Source: Thermodesulfobacteriota bacterium | GTDB taxonomy: Bacteria > Desulfobacterota_D > UBA1144 > Nemesobacterales > N074bin48 | DNA length: 23,106 bases | Direction of reading: 5' to 3' | NCBI GenBank assembly: GCA_041572575.1 | Contig: JBFFSH010000039.1 | Coordinates: 1 to 23,106, forward strand | In this document: positions 1 through 8,714 of the stretch, piece after piece | Layout: the number at the start of each line of letters is the position of its first letter | How positions within the stretch are numbered: position 1 is the first letter of the stretch | Made by a program: the position numbers and the translations under genes | The notes under the pieces: model-generated | Database searches by the model: none | Seen by the model: only the letters and a program-made list of their open reading frames with translations | What the model was told of the DNA's origin: nothing

Positions 1-348
1 TCTACACAGAGCGGAACCTCACAGGCGTGCGCTCATGCATCGGCTGCAGCTGCCCTGCTCTTAGAAGCTGACTCTGACCTTACTCAATCAGAGGTAAGGC
101 AGGTCTTACGCGATACAGGCGCTACGGTGCAGGACAACAGAAATGGGCTTGTCTTTCCAAGAATAGACGTGCTTGCTGCGATTAACTTTATTACAGGACT
201 TAATATTGTCGATCAGAACAATTCTCCTTCATCATTATGCTCTGTTGGGGGTAAAGTGACACCATTGCAATTTGCTGCAATTGTGCTTATCTATCTCGTT
301 CCTGTTTTATTTATTGTAATTAGGAGATATTATTATAGAAAAAACTAA
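1..348 (+). CDS. S8 subtilisin-like serine protease, C-terminal part (5' end outside window), with C-terminal TM anchor
   Basis: Frame +1 is open from base 1: STQSGTSQACAHASAAAALLLEADSDLTQSEVRQVLRDTG..., matching the subtilase catalytic-Ser motif GTSMAxPH-x-AGxAALL and the following helix. It ends SSLCSV + hydrophobic helix + RRYYYRKN. The listed 127..348 ORF is only its tail. Confidence 0.85.
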   Translation, partial: STQSGTSQACAHASAAAALLLEADSDLTQSEVRQVLRDTGATVQDNRNGLVFPRIDVLAAINFITGLNIVDQNNSPSSLCSVGGKVTPLQFAAIVLIYLVPVLFIVIRRYYYRKN

Positions 349-356
349 ATACTTAA

Positions 357-2756
357 ATGTCACTCAGCCCCCATCACTATAAACTCGTATGCTTATTGAG
401 TCTGTTCTATCTCCTGCTCGTCAGACCTGTATTTCCTGAATCGGGAACTAATGTCGCGATTTTATTTGACGGGCCGTCAGATTTTAATGCGGTAATCGTA
501 GAAAACTATAAAAATGAGATTACTGCGCTTACTGATGGTGAGTTTTATGTGAATTTTCCTCCTTCTATGATAATAGAGGCAGACTGGTCAGTGCAAGGGG
601 TTGATAATGTTTTAAACACTGTGCTTTATGACCCTAGGGTTGACATTGTCATAACTCCCGGAGTTTTATCATCAATAAACGTAGTTAGAAGAAAACAGCT
701 TAGTAAGCCTGTTTTAGCGCCATGGGTTATTGATAATGAGCTTACAGGTGCTCCTGTGAGTGAAGAAGGTACAAGTGGGGTTAAAAACCTAAATTACCTG
801 TCCTCTGCATCAGTTATCAAAAGAGATTTTAAGGCATTTAAAGATATAATCAGATTTAATAAGTTTGCATTCTTGTTTATGCCTGTTTTTCCCGAAGCAA
901 TCCCCGAGATTGAGGATATAGTTCTTACTACCGCACTCAGTATAGATTCAGAAATAGTCATGATCCCTGTGAGTGAAGATATAGATCAGGTAATAAAAAG
1001 TATTCCTGCAGATGTGGAGGCTGTTTATATTACTCCGCTTTTTCTTCTGGATGATGTTAAGTTTAACAAGCTTGTAAATGGATTAATAGAAAGAAAACTG
1101 CCATCTTTTTCCCTTATGGGAAGGATAGAGGTAGAAAAGGGGCTGCTTCTTGGTTTAAATCCCAAACAAGATGTTTCCAGGCAGGCAAGAAGAATTGCAC
1201 TGAATGTACAAAGTATCCTGCTAGGCCAGGATGCAGGAAGCATTTCAATAAGATTTCCAAGACAGCAGCAGCTTACTCTTAATATGAAAACAGCAAGAGC
1301 AATTGGTTATTCACCCCGGTGGGAAGTTCTTACGGAGGCTGATTTATTATATGAAGAAAAAGAGCATAAAGATAATTTTATAACGCTTGCCCAGGCTGTA
1401 AATGAGTCATTAAGGAACAACCTTGATCTTCTAGCAACCGAGCGTTCAGTAAGTGCTGGCGCAGCCGAGGTATGGAGAGCAATTTCAGTACTGCTGCCTC
1501 AGTCAAATATAGCTTTTACTGCCAGCAGGATTGATGAAGACAGGGCTCGTGCAAGTATGGGAAATCAGGCTGAAAAAAGTACAACTGGTTCTGTAGATGT
1601 TAATCAGATATTGTTTTCAGAATCTGCATTTTCCAATGTGAGTGTTCAAAGAAATTTACAGAAGTCCAGGGAATATAACCGCGATGAGGTTAGGCTTGAT
1701 ATCATAGCTGCAACTTCCATAGCTTATCTGAATGTACTAAGAGCAAAAATATTTGAAAAAATAAGAAAATCAAACCTCAAGCTTTCAAAATCAAACCTGC
1801 AGCTTGCAAAAATTAGAAGAGATATTGGAGTTGCAAACCCATCAGAAGTGTACAGATGGGAAAGTGAAATCGCGCTTGACAGGATAGACCTTGTAGATAC
1901 GCAGGCTGAAAGAAAAAATGCGGAGATTTTATTAAACAGACTACTCCACAGACCACTAAATGAACAATTCTCTACTATAGATATATCACTGGATTCTCCT
2001 TATTTCAAAGTAGGGGATGAAAGAATAACAAAATATATTGATAACCCCAGATCGTTTGAGATATTTAAAGATTTTATGGTAAGCGAGGGGCTTAGCATAT
2101 CCCCTGCGATAAGAGATTTGGATTCTCAGATTAAAGCACAAAACACAGTGCTCAGATCTTCAAAGAGTGCTTTTATACTCCCCGATATAAGTGTGGGCGC
2201 TGAAGCAAACCGGCTATTTTCTGAAGGTGGTGCAGGGCAGAGAGGTGATATAGAGGGTCTTCCGCTGGTATCAAGCCAGGATGATACTGATTGGACGATC
2301 TTTTTGCAGGCTTCATTTCCGCTTTTTAGAGGAGGAGCCAAGATTGCAGAATATAAGCAAGCACGTGAGCAACTCTTTAGCTTAAGACTACAGAGACAGT
2401 CTGTTATTGAAAGAGTAGAGCAGGACATCAGATCAGCTATGAATAACACCGGAGCATCCTTTCCGAGTATTAAATTTTCTAAAAATGCTGCCGATGCTGC
2501 ACATAAAAATCTTGAGCTTGTTACGGATTCTTATTCCAGGGGTGTAGTTTCCATATTGGATCTGCTAGATGCTCAGGATGCATCTATTTCTGCTGATCTT
2601 AATTCCGCGACGGCTGTATATGACTTTTTCATTGATCTTGTTAACCTGCACAGAGCAATTGGGCGGTTTGATTTTTATCTGGATAAACAAGAAAATGATA
2701 TATGGTTTAATCGTCTTGAAAAATTTTACAATAAATCATTAGAGGGACAAAAATGA
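357..2756 (+). CDS. Fusion: N-terminal ABC-type substrate-binding domain + C-terminal TolC-family outer membrane efflux protein
   Basis: Signal-peptide-like N-terminus. About aa 30-330 look like a periplasmic binding protein ending LTLNMKTARAIG (typical of the ABC_sub_bind C-terminus). From about aa 340 there are TolC repeats (ITLAQAVNESLRNNLDL; IAYLNVLRA; SYSRGVVSILDLLDAQ). First gene of an MFP+RND operon. Confidence 0.85.
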   Translation: MSLSPHHYKLVCLLSLFYLLLVRPVFPESGTNVAILFDGPSDFNAVIVENYKNEITALTDGEFYVNFPPSMIIEADWSVQGVDNVLNTVLYDPRVDIVITPGVLSSINVVRRKQLSKPVLAPWVIDNELTGAPVSEEGTSGVKNLNYLSSASVIKRDFKAFKDIIRFNKFAFLFMPVFPEAIPEIEDIVLTTALSIDSEIVMIPVSEDIDQVIKSIPADVEAVYITPLFLLDDVKFNKLVNGLIERKLPSFSLMGRIEVEKGLLLGLNPKQDVSRQARRIALNVQSILLGQDAGSISIRFPRQQQLTLNMKTARAIGYSPRWEVLTEADLLYEEKEHKDNFITLAQAVNESLRNNLDLLATERSVSAGAAEVWRAISVLLPQSNIAFTASRIDEDRARASMGNQAEKSTTGSVDVNQILFSESAFSNVSVQRNLQKSREYNRDEVRLDIIAATSIAYLNVLRAKIFEKIRKSNLKLSKSNLQLAKIRRDIGVANPSEVYRWESEIALDRIDLVDTQAERKNAEILLNRLLHRPLNEQFSTIDISLDSPYFKVGDERITKYIDNPRSFEIFKDFMVSEGLSISPAIRDLDSQIKAQNTVLRSSKSAFILPDISVGAEANRLFSEGGAGQRGDIEGLPLVSSQDDTDWTIFLQASFPLFRGGAKIAEYKQAREQLFSLRLQRQSVIERVEQDIRSAMNNTGASFPSIKFSKNAADAAHKNLELVTDSYSRGVVSILDLLDAQDASISADLNSATAVYDFFIDLVNLHRAIGRFDFYLDKQENDIWFNRLEKFYNKSLEGQK

Positions 2757-3844
2757 ATAGAAGTATTGTTGCAATATTTATGATTTTTCTGCTTGCAGCC
2801 TGTGGGGAGGAACAACAAGTAGCCGAGCTTATAAGACCTGTAAAATATACAGAAGTTATACAAACAGGTGGGAACAGAAGCAGGACATTTTCCGGAATAG
2901 CAAAGGCAGGAGTAGAATTTGATTTGAGTTTTAAGGTTAGCGGCAACATTTTATACCTGCCTGTAAATGTAGGGGATACAGTAAAAAAAAGAGATGTAAT
3001 AGCAGAACTGGACCCGCAGGATTATCTATTAAAAAAACAGGAATCAGAGGCTACTCTTATAAGCGCACAGGCCCAGTCAAGAAATGCCGATGCCGATTAT
3101 GCAAGAATAAAAGAGCTTTATGAAAACAATAACGCATCAAAGGGAGAACTTGATTCTGCAAGAGCGCTTTCAGAATCTGCAAAGGCGCAGGTTGATGCTG
3201 CTCAAAAAAGGCTGGACATAGATAATCTGCAGCTAAGTTATACAAAACTCGTCTCTCCTGTAGACGGATCAATTGCAGAAGTACCCGTTGATATTAATGA
3301 GAATGTAAACGCCGGTACTACAATAGTGTTTATTACTTCTGGTAACGAAGTTAAAGTTGAAGTGGCTATACCCGAAATTCTTATTTCTAAAATTAAAAAG
3401 GACAGTATGGCAAGTGTTAGATTCGACTCCATGCCTGAGAAGAAATTCCCTGCAATAGTAACAGAGGTTGGTGTATCTTCCACAGCAGCAGCTACTACAT
3501 ATCCGGTAACCGTGGAGCTTAAAAGAACAAATGAAGAGCTTTTGCCCGGTATGGCTGCTGAAGTGTCATTTGAGTTTAAAAACGGAGAACAACAAAGGAT
3601 TATTGTTCCAATCGTGGCTGTGGGTGAAGATAAAAGCGGAAGATATGTTTATATACTTGAAAAAATATCTCAGAAAGAACAGGCATCTTTTAAAACGGGT
3701 TTTACTAAACGAATAAGTGTAAAAGTCGGAGAGATTACACCCGATGGAATAGAGATATTAGAAGGTCTTAAAGAGGGAGACCTACTGGTTACAGCAGGGG
3801 TAAGACGCATTAAGGATGCAACAGAAGTAAAATTACTGAACTAA
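2753..3844 (+). CDS. RND efflux periplasmic adaptor (membrane fusion protein), lipoprotein
   Basis: Lipobox LAAC; LSFKVSG..VNVGDTVKK, YTKLVSPVDG and LLPGMAAEV motifs; ATGA overlap with the upstream stop. Confidence 0.93.
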   Translation: MNRSIVAIFMIFLLAACGEEQQVAELIRPVKYTEVIQTGGNRSRTFSGIAKAGVEFDLSFKVSGNILYLPVNVGDTVKKRDVIAELDPQDYLLKKQESEATLISAQAQSRNADADYARIKELYENNNASKGELDSARALSESAKAQVDAAQKRLDIDNLQLSYTKLVSPVDGSIAEVPVDINENVNAGTTIVFITSGNEVKVEVAIPEILISKIKKDSMASVRFDSMPEKKFPAIVTEVGVSSTAAATTYPVTVELKRTNEELLPGMAAEVSFEFKNGEQQRIIVPIVAVGEDKSGRYVYILEKISQKEQASFKTGFTKRISVKVGEITPDGIEILEGLKEGDLLVTAGVRRIKDATEVKLLN

Positions 3845-3862
3845 ATTCACAGGCAATCTGAT

Positions 3863-6800
3863 TTGACTAAATTTGCTATAGAAAAAAATAGAATAACGAT
3901 AATGGCTGTTATTGTTATTTTGTTTGCGGGTGTCTCGGCATACAGGACTATGTCTAGAGCCGAGGACCCGGGATTTATAATTAGAACTGCACAGGTTACT
4001 ACCAACTGGCCGGGGGCAAGCCCTGAGAGGGTTGAGCTTCTTATCACCGATAAACTAGAAAAATCGATACAGGAAATGCCTGAAATCGATTTTATCGCGT
4101 CAACATCCAAAACAGGTTCATCAGTTATTAATGTAAACATATTAGAAACTTATAAGGATATGCGTCCAATTTGGGACAGCCTGCGCAGAAAGGTGGAAAA
4201 AGCCGAGCCTCTTCTGCCCGATGATGCTAATAAACCGGTTGTTAATGATGAGTTTGGAGATGTGTTCGGAATAATTGTCACTATTATTGGGGAAGGATTT
4301 TCTTACAGGGAATTAAAAGATGTTGCCGATGATGTACGTGATGAGCTGCTGTTAATCGATATGGCAGCAAAAGTAGAAATTTACGGTGCACAGGAAGAAA
4401 GGATATTTGTTGAGTATAACAATGCAAGACTCTCAGAGTTTGGCATATCTCCTGTACAGTTAAGGCAGATCCTGCAGGCAAGGAACATTGTTATTCCGGG
4501 GGGTGACGTTACAACAGAGTATGAGAAAATAGTACTTGAGCCAACTGGAAACTTTGAGACTGTAGACGATCTTAAAAAAACAATAATTGAAGTTCCCGGA
4601 TCGAGTAATGTGGTTTACCTTGAAGACCTTGCAAATATATACAGGTCATACATTGATCCGCCAAATACCAAGATGAGATGCGGCTCTGAAAGATGTCTTG
4701 GGCTTGCAGTTTCTATGAGAGAAGGCGGTAATATAATTTCGCTTGGTGATGATGTAAGGCAAACAATAGACCGTTTGGTATCAGTTTATCCAATCGGTAT
4801 TGAGTTTGGTTATCTGCAGTTCCAGCCAGAGCCGGTAGAAAAGAAAGTTAAGGATTTTACAAGTAATCTCGGTCAGGCCATAGCAATTGTTACGCTTGTT
4901 ATGCTGATTTTTCTTGGTGTAAGAACAGGGCTTATTATTGCAAGCCTAATACCCATGGCCATGCTTATGGCGCTTATGTTTATGGGCTTTTTTGAAATAG
5001 GTCTTGATCAGATTTCACTTGCTGCCCTTATAATTGCTCTTGGAATGCTTGTAGATAACGGCATTGTTATGGCTGAATCGGTAATGGTGCAGATGAGTAG
5101 TGGAAAATCTGCGATTGACTCTGCAGTGGACTCTGCAAATGAATTAAAAGTTCCACTGCTTACTTCTTCACTTACAACTGCTGCTGCCTTTCTTCCAATA
5201 TTTCTTGCTGAATCTACAACTGGGGAATACACAGCATCGCTTTTTAAGGTAGTAACTATAACGTTACTCTGTTCTTGGCTTATTTCGCTTACCGTTATTC
5301 CTATGCTTTGTGTAAAGTTTTTAAAAGTCGATCCCTCACAGCAAGGCGATAATTTTGATAGCAGTTTATATAAAAAATACAGAAATCTTCTAACCTGGAT
5401 TCTTAAAAATCCATCTAAGTCTCTGATTGGAACTGCAATTATATTTTTTATATCCCTTCAGGGATTTAAATTTGTTCCGAAAATCTTCTTTCCTCCAAAT
5501 GAAAGACCAACCTTTACTCTTGAAGTTAAACTTCCCATTGGCACGCCAATTGAGAGAACTGATTATGTGGTATCAGAGATAGAAAATGAACTGGCAAATT
5601 ATTTAGTAAATGAGGATAGAGAGGATGGTATAACAAATTGGGGAGTGTTTATAGGGCAGGGAGCGCCAAGGTTTCAGCTTTCGTTTAGCCCGGAGCCGCC
5701 AAGCCCTGATTATGCACTCTTTATTATTAATACTTCCAAGAGGGAAATCATAGACAGCATTATTCCCGGAATTGAAGAGTTTTGTATTTCAAATTTTCCT
5801 GACATTAAACCCACTGTTCGTCCCCTTGAACTAGGCCCACCTTCATGGCCGCCTGTAGAAGTGAGGCTCTCGGGAAAGGACAGTGATATTTTGTTTGAAA
5901 ATGTAGACAATGTTAAAAGTAAAATGGAAAGCACCAAAGGTACAAAGTTGATTGATGACGACTGGGGAGCAAGGTCTAAAAAGCTCTTTGTTAAGATCAA
6001 TCAGGCAAGGGCCTATAGAGCTGGTGTAACGAGTGAGGATATAGCAACATCTTTGCAAACATCACTAAGCGGTATGAGCACTACGGAGTATAGAGAGGAT
6101 GATAAGCTAATACCCGTTATGCTGCGCTCTGTTGAAGCAGATAGAGTCGATATAGGAAAACTGGAGAGCCTGAATGTCTATGTGCAGGCTACAGGAAAAT
6201 CCCTTCCCTTAAAACAGGTTGCCGATATAGAGGTTGCCTGGCAGCCGGCTGTAATAAAACGAAGGGACAGGCTTAGAACTATAACTGTAGAATCCGGATT
6301 GGAATCAGGCTATACGGCAGCTGAGATAAATACTACGCTTGTTCCGTGGTTAAAAGAGCAGTCCAAGGACTGGAATCTTGGATACTCATGGGAAATTGGT
6401 GGGACCGATGAAGAATCAGGAAAAGCCAACGCGTCAATAAGCGCAAAACTTCCTATTGCAGGAATGATTATTTTACTTTTACTGGTTGGACAGTTTAACT
6501 CTATCAGAAGACCGGTGATTATTCTTATAACCATACCCCTAGGAATTATTGGAGTAGTGTTCGGACTTTTGGCAACAAACCTGTATTTTGGATTTATGAC
6601 TCTTCTTGGCATAATTTCTCTTGCCGGAATTGTAATTAATAACGCTATTGTTCTACTGGACAGGATAAATATAGAGATTACCCAAAATGGTCTTGTGCCT
6701 GAAAGGGCTGTAATAGAGTCTGCTCAGCAAAGGCTAAGACCAATATTACTAACCACCGTTACAACAATCTCAGGACTTGTTCCACTCTGGCTTTTTGGCG

Positions 6801-6931
6801 GCCTCATGTTTGAACCTATGGCTGTTGCAATAATCTTCGGACTTCTTTTTGCCACAGCGCTTACCCTGGGGCTTGTACCAGTTCTATATTCGTTATTTTT
6901 CAGACTGGATTTTAAGAATTTTACATATTAA
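3863..6931 (+). CDS. RND efflux permease (AcrB/AcrD/AcrF family)
   Basis: 1022 aa; WPGASPERVE, GMLVDNGIV (TM4), GIVINNAIVLL, RLRPILLTT. TTG start, exact start uncertain. Confidence 0.95.
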   Translation: MTKFAIEKNRITIMAVIVILFAGVSAYRTMSRAEDPGFIIRTAQVTTNWPGASPERVELLITDKLEKSIQEMPEIDFIASTSKTGSSVINVNILETYKDMRPIWDSLRRKVEKAEPLLPDDANKPVVNDEFGDVFGIIVTIIGEGFSYRELKDVADDVRDELLLIDMAAKVEIYGAQEERIFVEYNNARLSEFGISPVQLRQILQARNIVIPGGDVTTEYEKIVLEPTGNFETVDDLKKTIIEVPGSSNVVYLEDLANIYRSYIDPPNTKMRCGSERCLGLAVSMREGGNIISLGDDVRQTIDRLVSVYPIGIEFGYLQFQPEPVEKKVKDFTSNLGQAIAIVTLVMLIFLGVRTGLIIASLIPMAMLMALMFMGFFEIGLDQISLAALIIALGMLVDNGIVMAESVMVQMSSGKSAIDSAVDSANELKVPLLTSSLTTAAAFLPIFLAESTTGEYTASLFKVVTITLLCSWLISLTVIPMLCVKFLKVDPSQQGDNFDSSLYKKYRNLLTWILKNPSKSLIGTAIIFFISLQGFKFVPKIFFPPNERPTFTLEVKLPIGTPIERTDYVVSEIENELANYLVNEDREDGITNWGVFIGQGAPRFQLSFSPEPPSPDYALFIINTSKREIIDSIIPGIEEFCISNFPDIKPTVRPLELGPPSWPPVEVRLSGKDSDILFENVDNVKSKMESTKGTKLIDDDWGARSKKLFVKINQARAYRAGVTSEDIATSLQTSLSGMSTTEYREDDKLIPVMLRSVEADRVDIGKLESLNVYVQATGKSLPLKQVADIEVAWQPAVIKRRDRLRTITVESGLESGYTAAEINTTLVPWLKEQSKDWNLGYSWEIGGTDEESGKANASISAKLPIAGMIILLLLVGQFNSIRRPVIILITIPLGIIGVVFGLLATNLYFGFMTLLGIISLAGIVINNAIVLLDRINIEITQNGLVPERAVIESAQQRLRPILLTTVTTISGLVPLWLFGGLMFEPMAVAIIFGLLFATALTLGLVPVLYSLFFRLDFKNFTY

Positions 6932-6958
6932 ACTTATAATTAATAAAATATCGGAGAA

Positions 6959-7459
6959 ATGATTATGAGGTTAATAGTTATTCTGTTCTTAATATTTTCT
7001 TTTACAGCCATAGACTCTGCTCATTTGCAAGAACAGGCTGAAGTAGAAAATTCTCAAAAACCAGAGCGTAGAAAAGCTGAATACCCCTGGTACTGGAACA
7101 GGCCTTATGAAAATATTGATAATTTTGAAAACTCATCTTTAGGTAAAGATAGAAGCTCTATTACAAAGGGAGCAATAAATAAGAGTGATTCTGTAGAAAA
7201 CAACGTAGACATTAATAAACAAATAGAAGAAAAGATCAAAGAGGACAGAGAAAAACAACTCCAGTATGAGATAGAGTTTAGCAGCTCAATTGGTCTTAGT
7301 GTTGATGCTGATGGCACTATAATTGGTACTCAGGCTATAAACGAGGCTGAAACCATAGAAGGTACTATTAGTAATAAAAAGACAATTACATGGGTTGATG
7401 AAAAAGGAGTTATTCATGTTACAAACGATCCTACCGAGGTTTATAAAAAGTCTAAATAA
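6959..7459 (+). CDS. Secreted hypothetical protein with C-terminal DUF4124-like motif
   Basis: GGAG SD, hydrophobic signal peptide, C-terminal TWVDEKGVIHVTNDP (W-x-D-x-x-G-x-x-H-x-T/S-x-x-P). Confidence 0.7.
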   Translation: MIMRLIVILFLIFSFTAIDSAHLQEQAEVENSQKPERRKAEYPWYWNRPYENIDNFENSSLGKDRSSITKGAINKSDSVENNVDINKQIEEKIKEDREKQLQYEIEFSSSIGLSVDADGTIIGTQAINEAETIEGTISNKKTITWVDEKGVIHVTNDPTEVYKKSK

Positions 7460-7549
7460 ACGATAAACTTCACATTATTATACTAGTATCGATTGCTTTA
7501 TTGCCAACATATTTTTGACTAAATATTTTGTTGTTATCCCGTTCTAACA

Positions 7550-7558
7550 TGCTATATT
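7550..7558 (+). promoter_or_regulatory. Putative extended -10 promoter for the YSC84 gene
   Basis: TG-c-TATATT; TTGTTA 16 nt upstream; SD GGAGG at 7625-7629. Confidence 0.35.
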
Positions 7559-7634
7559 ATTGCTAAGTATTGTATTTGTTTTATAGTTGTATACCAGATA
7601 TTGAGTAAAAAGTTCTTTATAACCGGAGGGAACT

Positions 7635-8207
7635 ATGAAAAAAGGAAATCTTATTACTGCATTTATTGCACTCTTATTAGTTTCAGCAGCCTGTTTTGGA
7701 CCAAAAGGTTTTAATGCTGATCAAAAAAGAGATTTTGTAGCCAATATGAAAACTGATACGCTCAACCAACTTTACAGGGAAAAACCTCATACACAAAAAC
7801 TTATAGAAAATGCAGCAGGTTACGCGGTTTTTAGTAATGTTAACACCCAGATAATCTTTGTGGGGGGCGGGGGAGGTTATGGAGTTATTACTGATAATGA
7901 AACCGGAAACCAGACTTATATGAATATGGCTGAGGGTGGACTTGCTCTTGGAGTAGGCATTAGGGATTTTAGAGAAATAATAATATTTAACAGCCCCGGA
8001 GTTCTATACAGGTTTATTAATTATGGATGGGATTTGACGCTTGCCGGTGACGCAGCTGCAAAATCCGGAGACAGGGGTGGAGCTTATGGAACAGAAACTG
8101 ATTTTTCATCCGATGTAGTCATATATCAGATCACAAAAAACGGCATTGCTCTCAGCACAAGCCTGGCCGGATCAAAATACTGGAAAGATAAAGAGCTTAA
8201 CTACTAA
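7635..8207 (+). CDS. YSC84/SYLF-domain lipid-binding lipoprotein
   Basis: Lipobox SAAC; AAGYAVF..VGGGGGYGV, GLALGVG..DFREIIIF, AGSKYWKDKELN typical of the bacterial YSC84-related family; strong SD. Confidence 0.85.
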   Translation: MKKGNLITAFIALLLVSAACFGPKGFNADQKRDFVANMKTDTLNQLYREKPHTQKLIENAAGYAVFSNVNTQIIFVGGGGGYGVITDNETGNQTYMNMAEGGLALGVGIRDFREIIIFNSPGVLYRFINYGWDLTLAGDAAAKSGDRGGAYGTETDFSSDVVIYQITKNGIALSTSLAGSKYWKDKELNY

Positions 8208-8223
8208 ACTCAAATAAAATAGG

Positions 8224-8691
8224 TTACTTAGCCCTGCTTATTTCGGTAACTGTTAGATCTGTAGCGGTTTCTTTGAGTTTTAATTTTACTTTGTCATTTT
8301 CTTTAAAGTTTTCCAGCTGATCTGGTTTTTCAACCTCATAACTCATTATCATGGCTCTCATGAAACCGGGCATTTCTTCCTGGTCTACAATGACGCGTTG
8401 CCCGGTAATAAATTTTATAACCCCTGTGGCTTCGTGAAATTTTGGCCAGTCTCCTGCTTCTTCAGCATTTCCCATTTTATGGCCATGATGTCCATGCTCG
8501 TCTTTATTGTCTTTGTTCCATGATTTTGCAAGCTGCTGCTGAAGTTTTTGAACATCTTCAGATAAGGACTTATTCTGAGTTTTTATGTCGTTTATCTGTT
8601 TAACATTATAAAGATGTAGATAACCCACAGTGACGGCTACTGAAAATGCAATTGCTGAAATTAATAATGTGATTATAGAAAGTGATTTCAT
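8224..8691 (-). CDS. Membrane-anchored CusF-like (copper-binding OB-fold) protein with His-rich linker
   Basis: N-terminal TM helix, coiled coil, EHGHHGHKM, then HEATGVIK..VIVDQEEMPGFMRAMIMSYEV..LENFKENDKVKLKL, resembling CusF/Cu-binding G-x-V..HE-x-IPG-x-M-x-AM-x-M. SD AGGGAG. Confidence 0.72.
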   Translation of the reverse strand: MKSLSIITLLISAIAFSVAVTVGYLHLYNVKQINDIKTQNKSLSEDVQKLQQQLAKSWNKDNKDEHGHHGHKMGNAEEAGDWPKFHEATGVIKFITGQRVIVDQEEMPGFMRAMIMSYEVEKPDQLENFKENDKVKLKLKETATDLTVTEISRAK

Positions 8692-8714
8692 TTATTTTTA
8701 ATTCTCCCTTGATT

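Noticed and set aside
127..348. 73-aa ORF as a standalone small membrane protein
   Set aside because: The frame is open from base 1 and contains the subtilase GTS motif; it is the tail of a larger gene.
1025..6612. Antisense and alternate-frame ORFs inside the efflux operon
   Set aside because: Shadow ORFs of long, well-supported genes, with no recognisable motifs.
357..8691. RND operon plus CusF-like gene as a CusCFBA copper efflux system
   Set aside because: The permease does not show CusA/CzcA-type features by eye, and the CusF-like gene is on the opposite strand two genes away.
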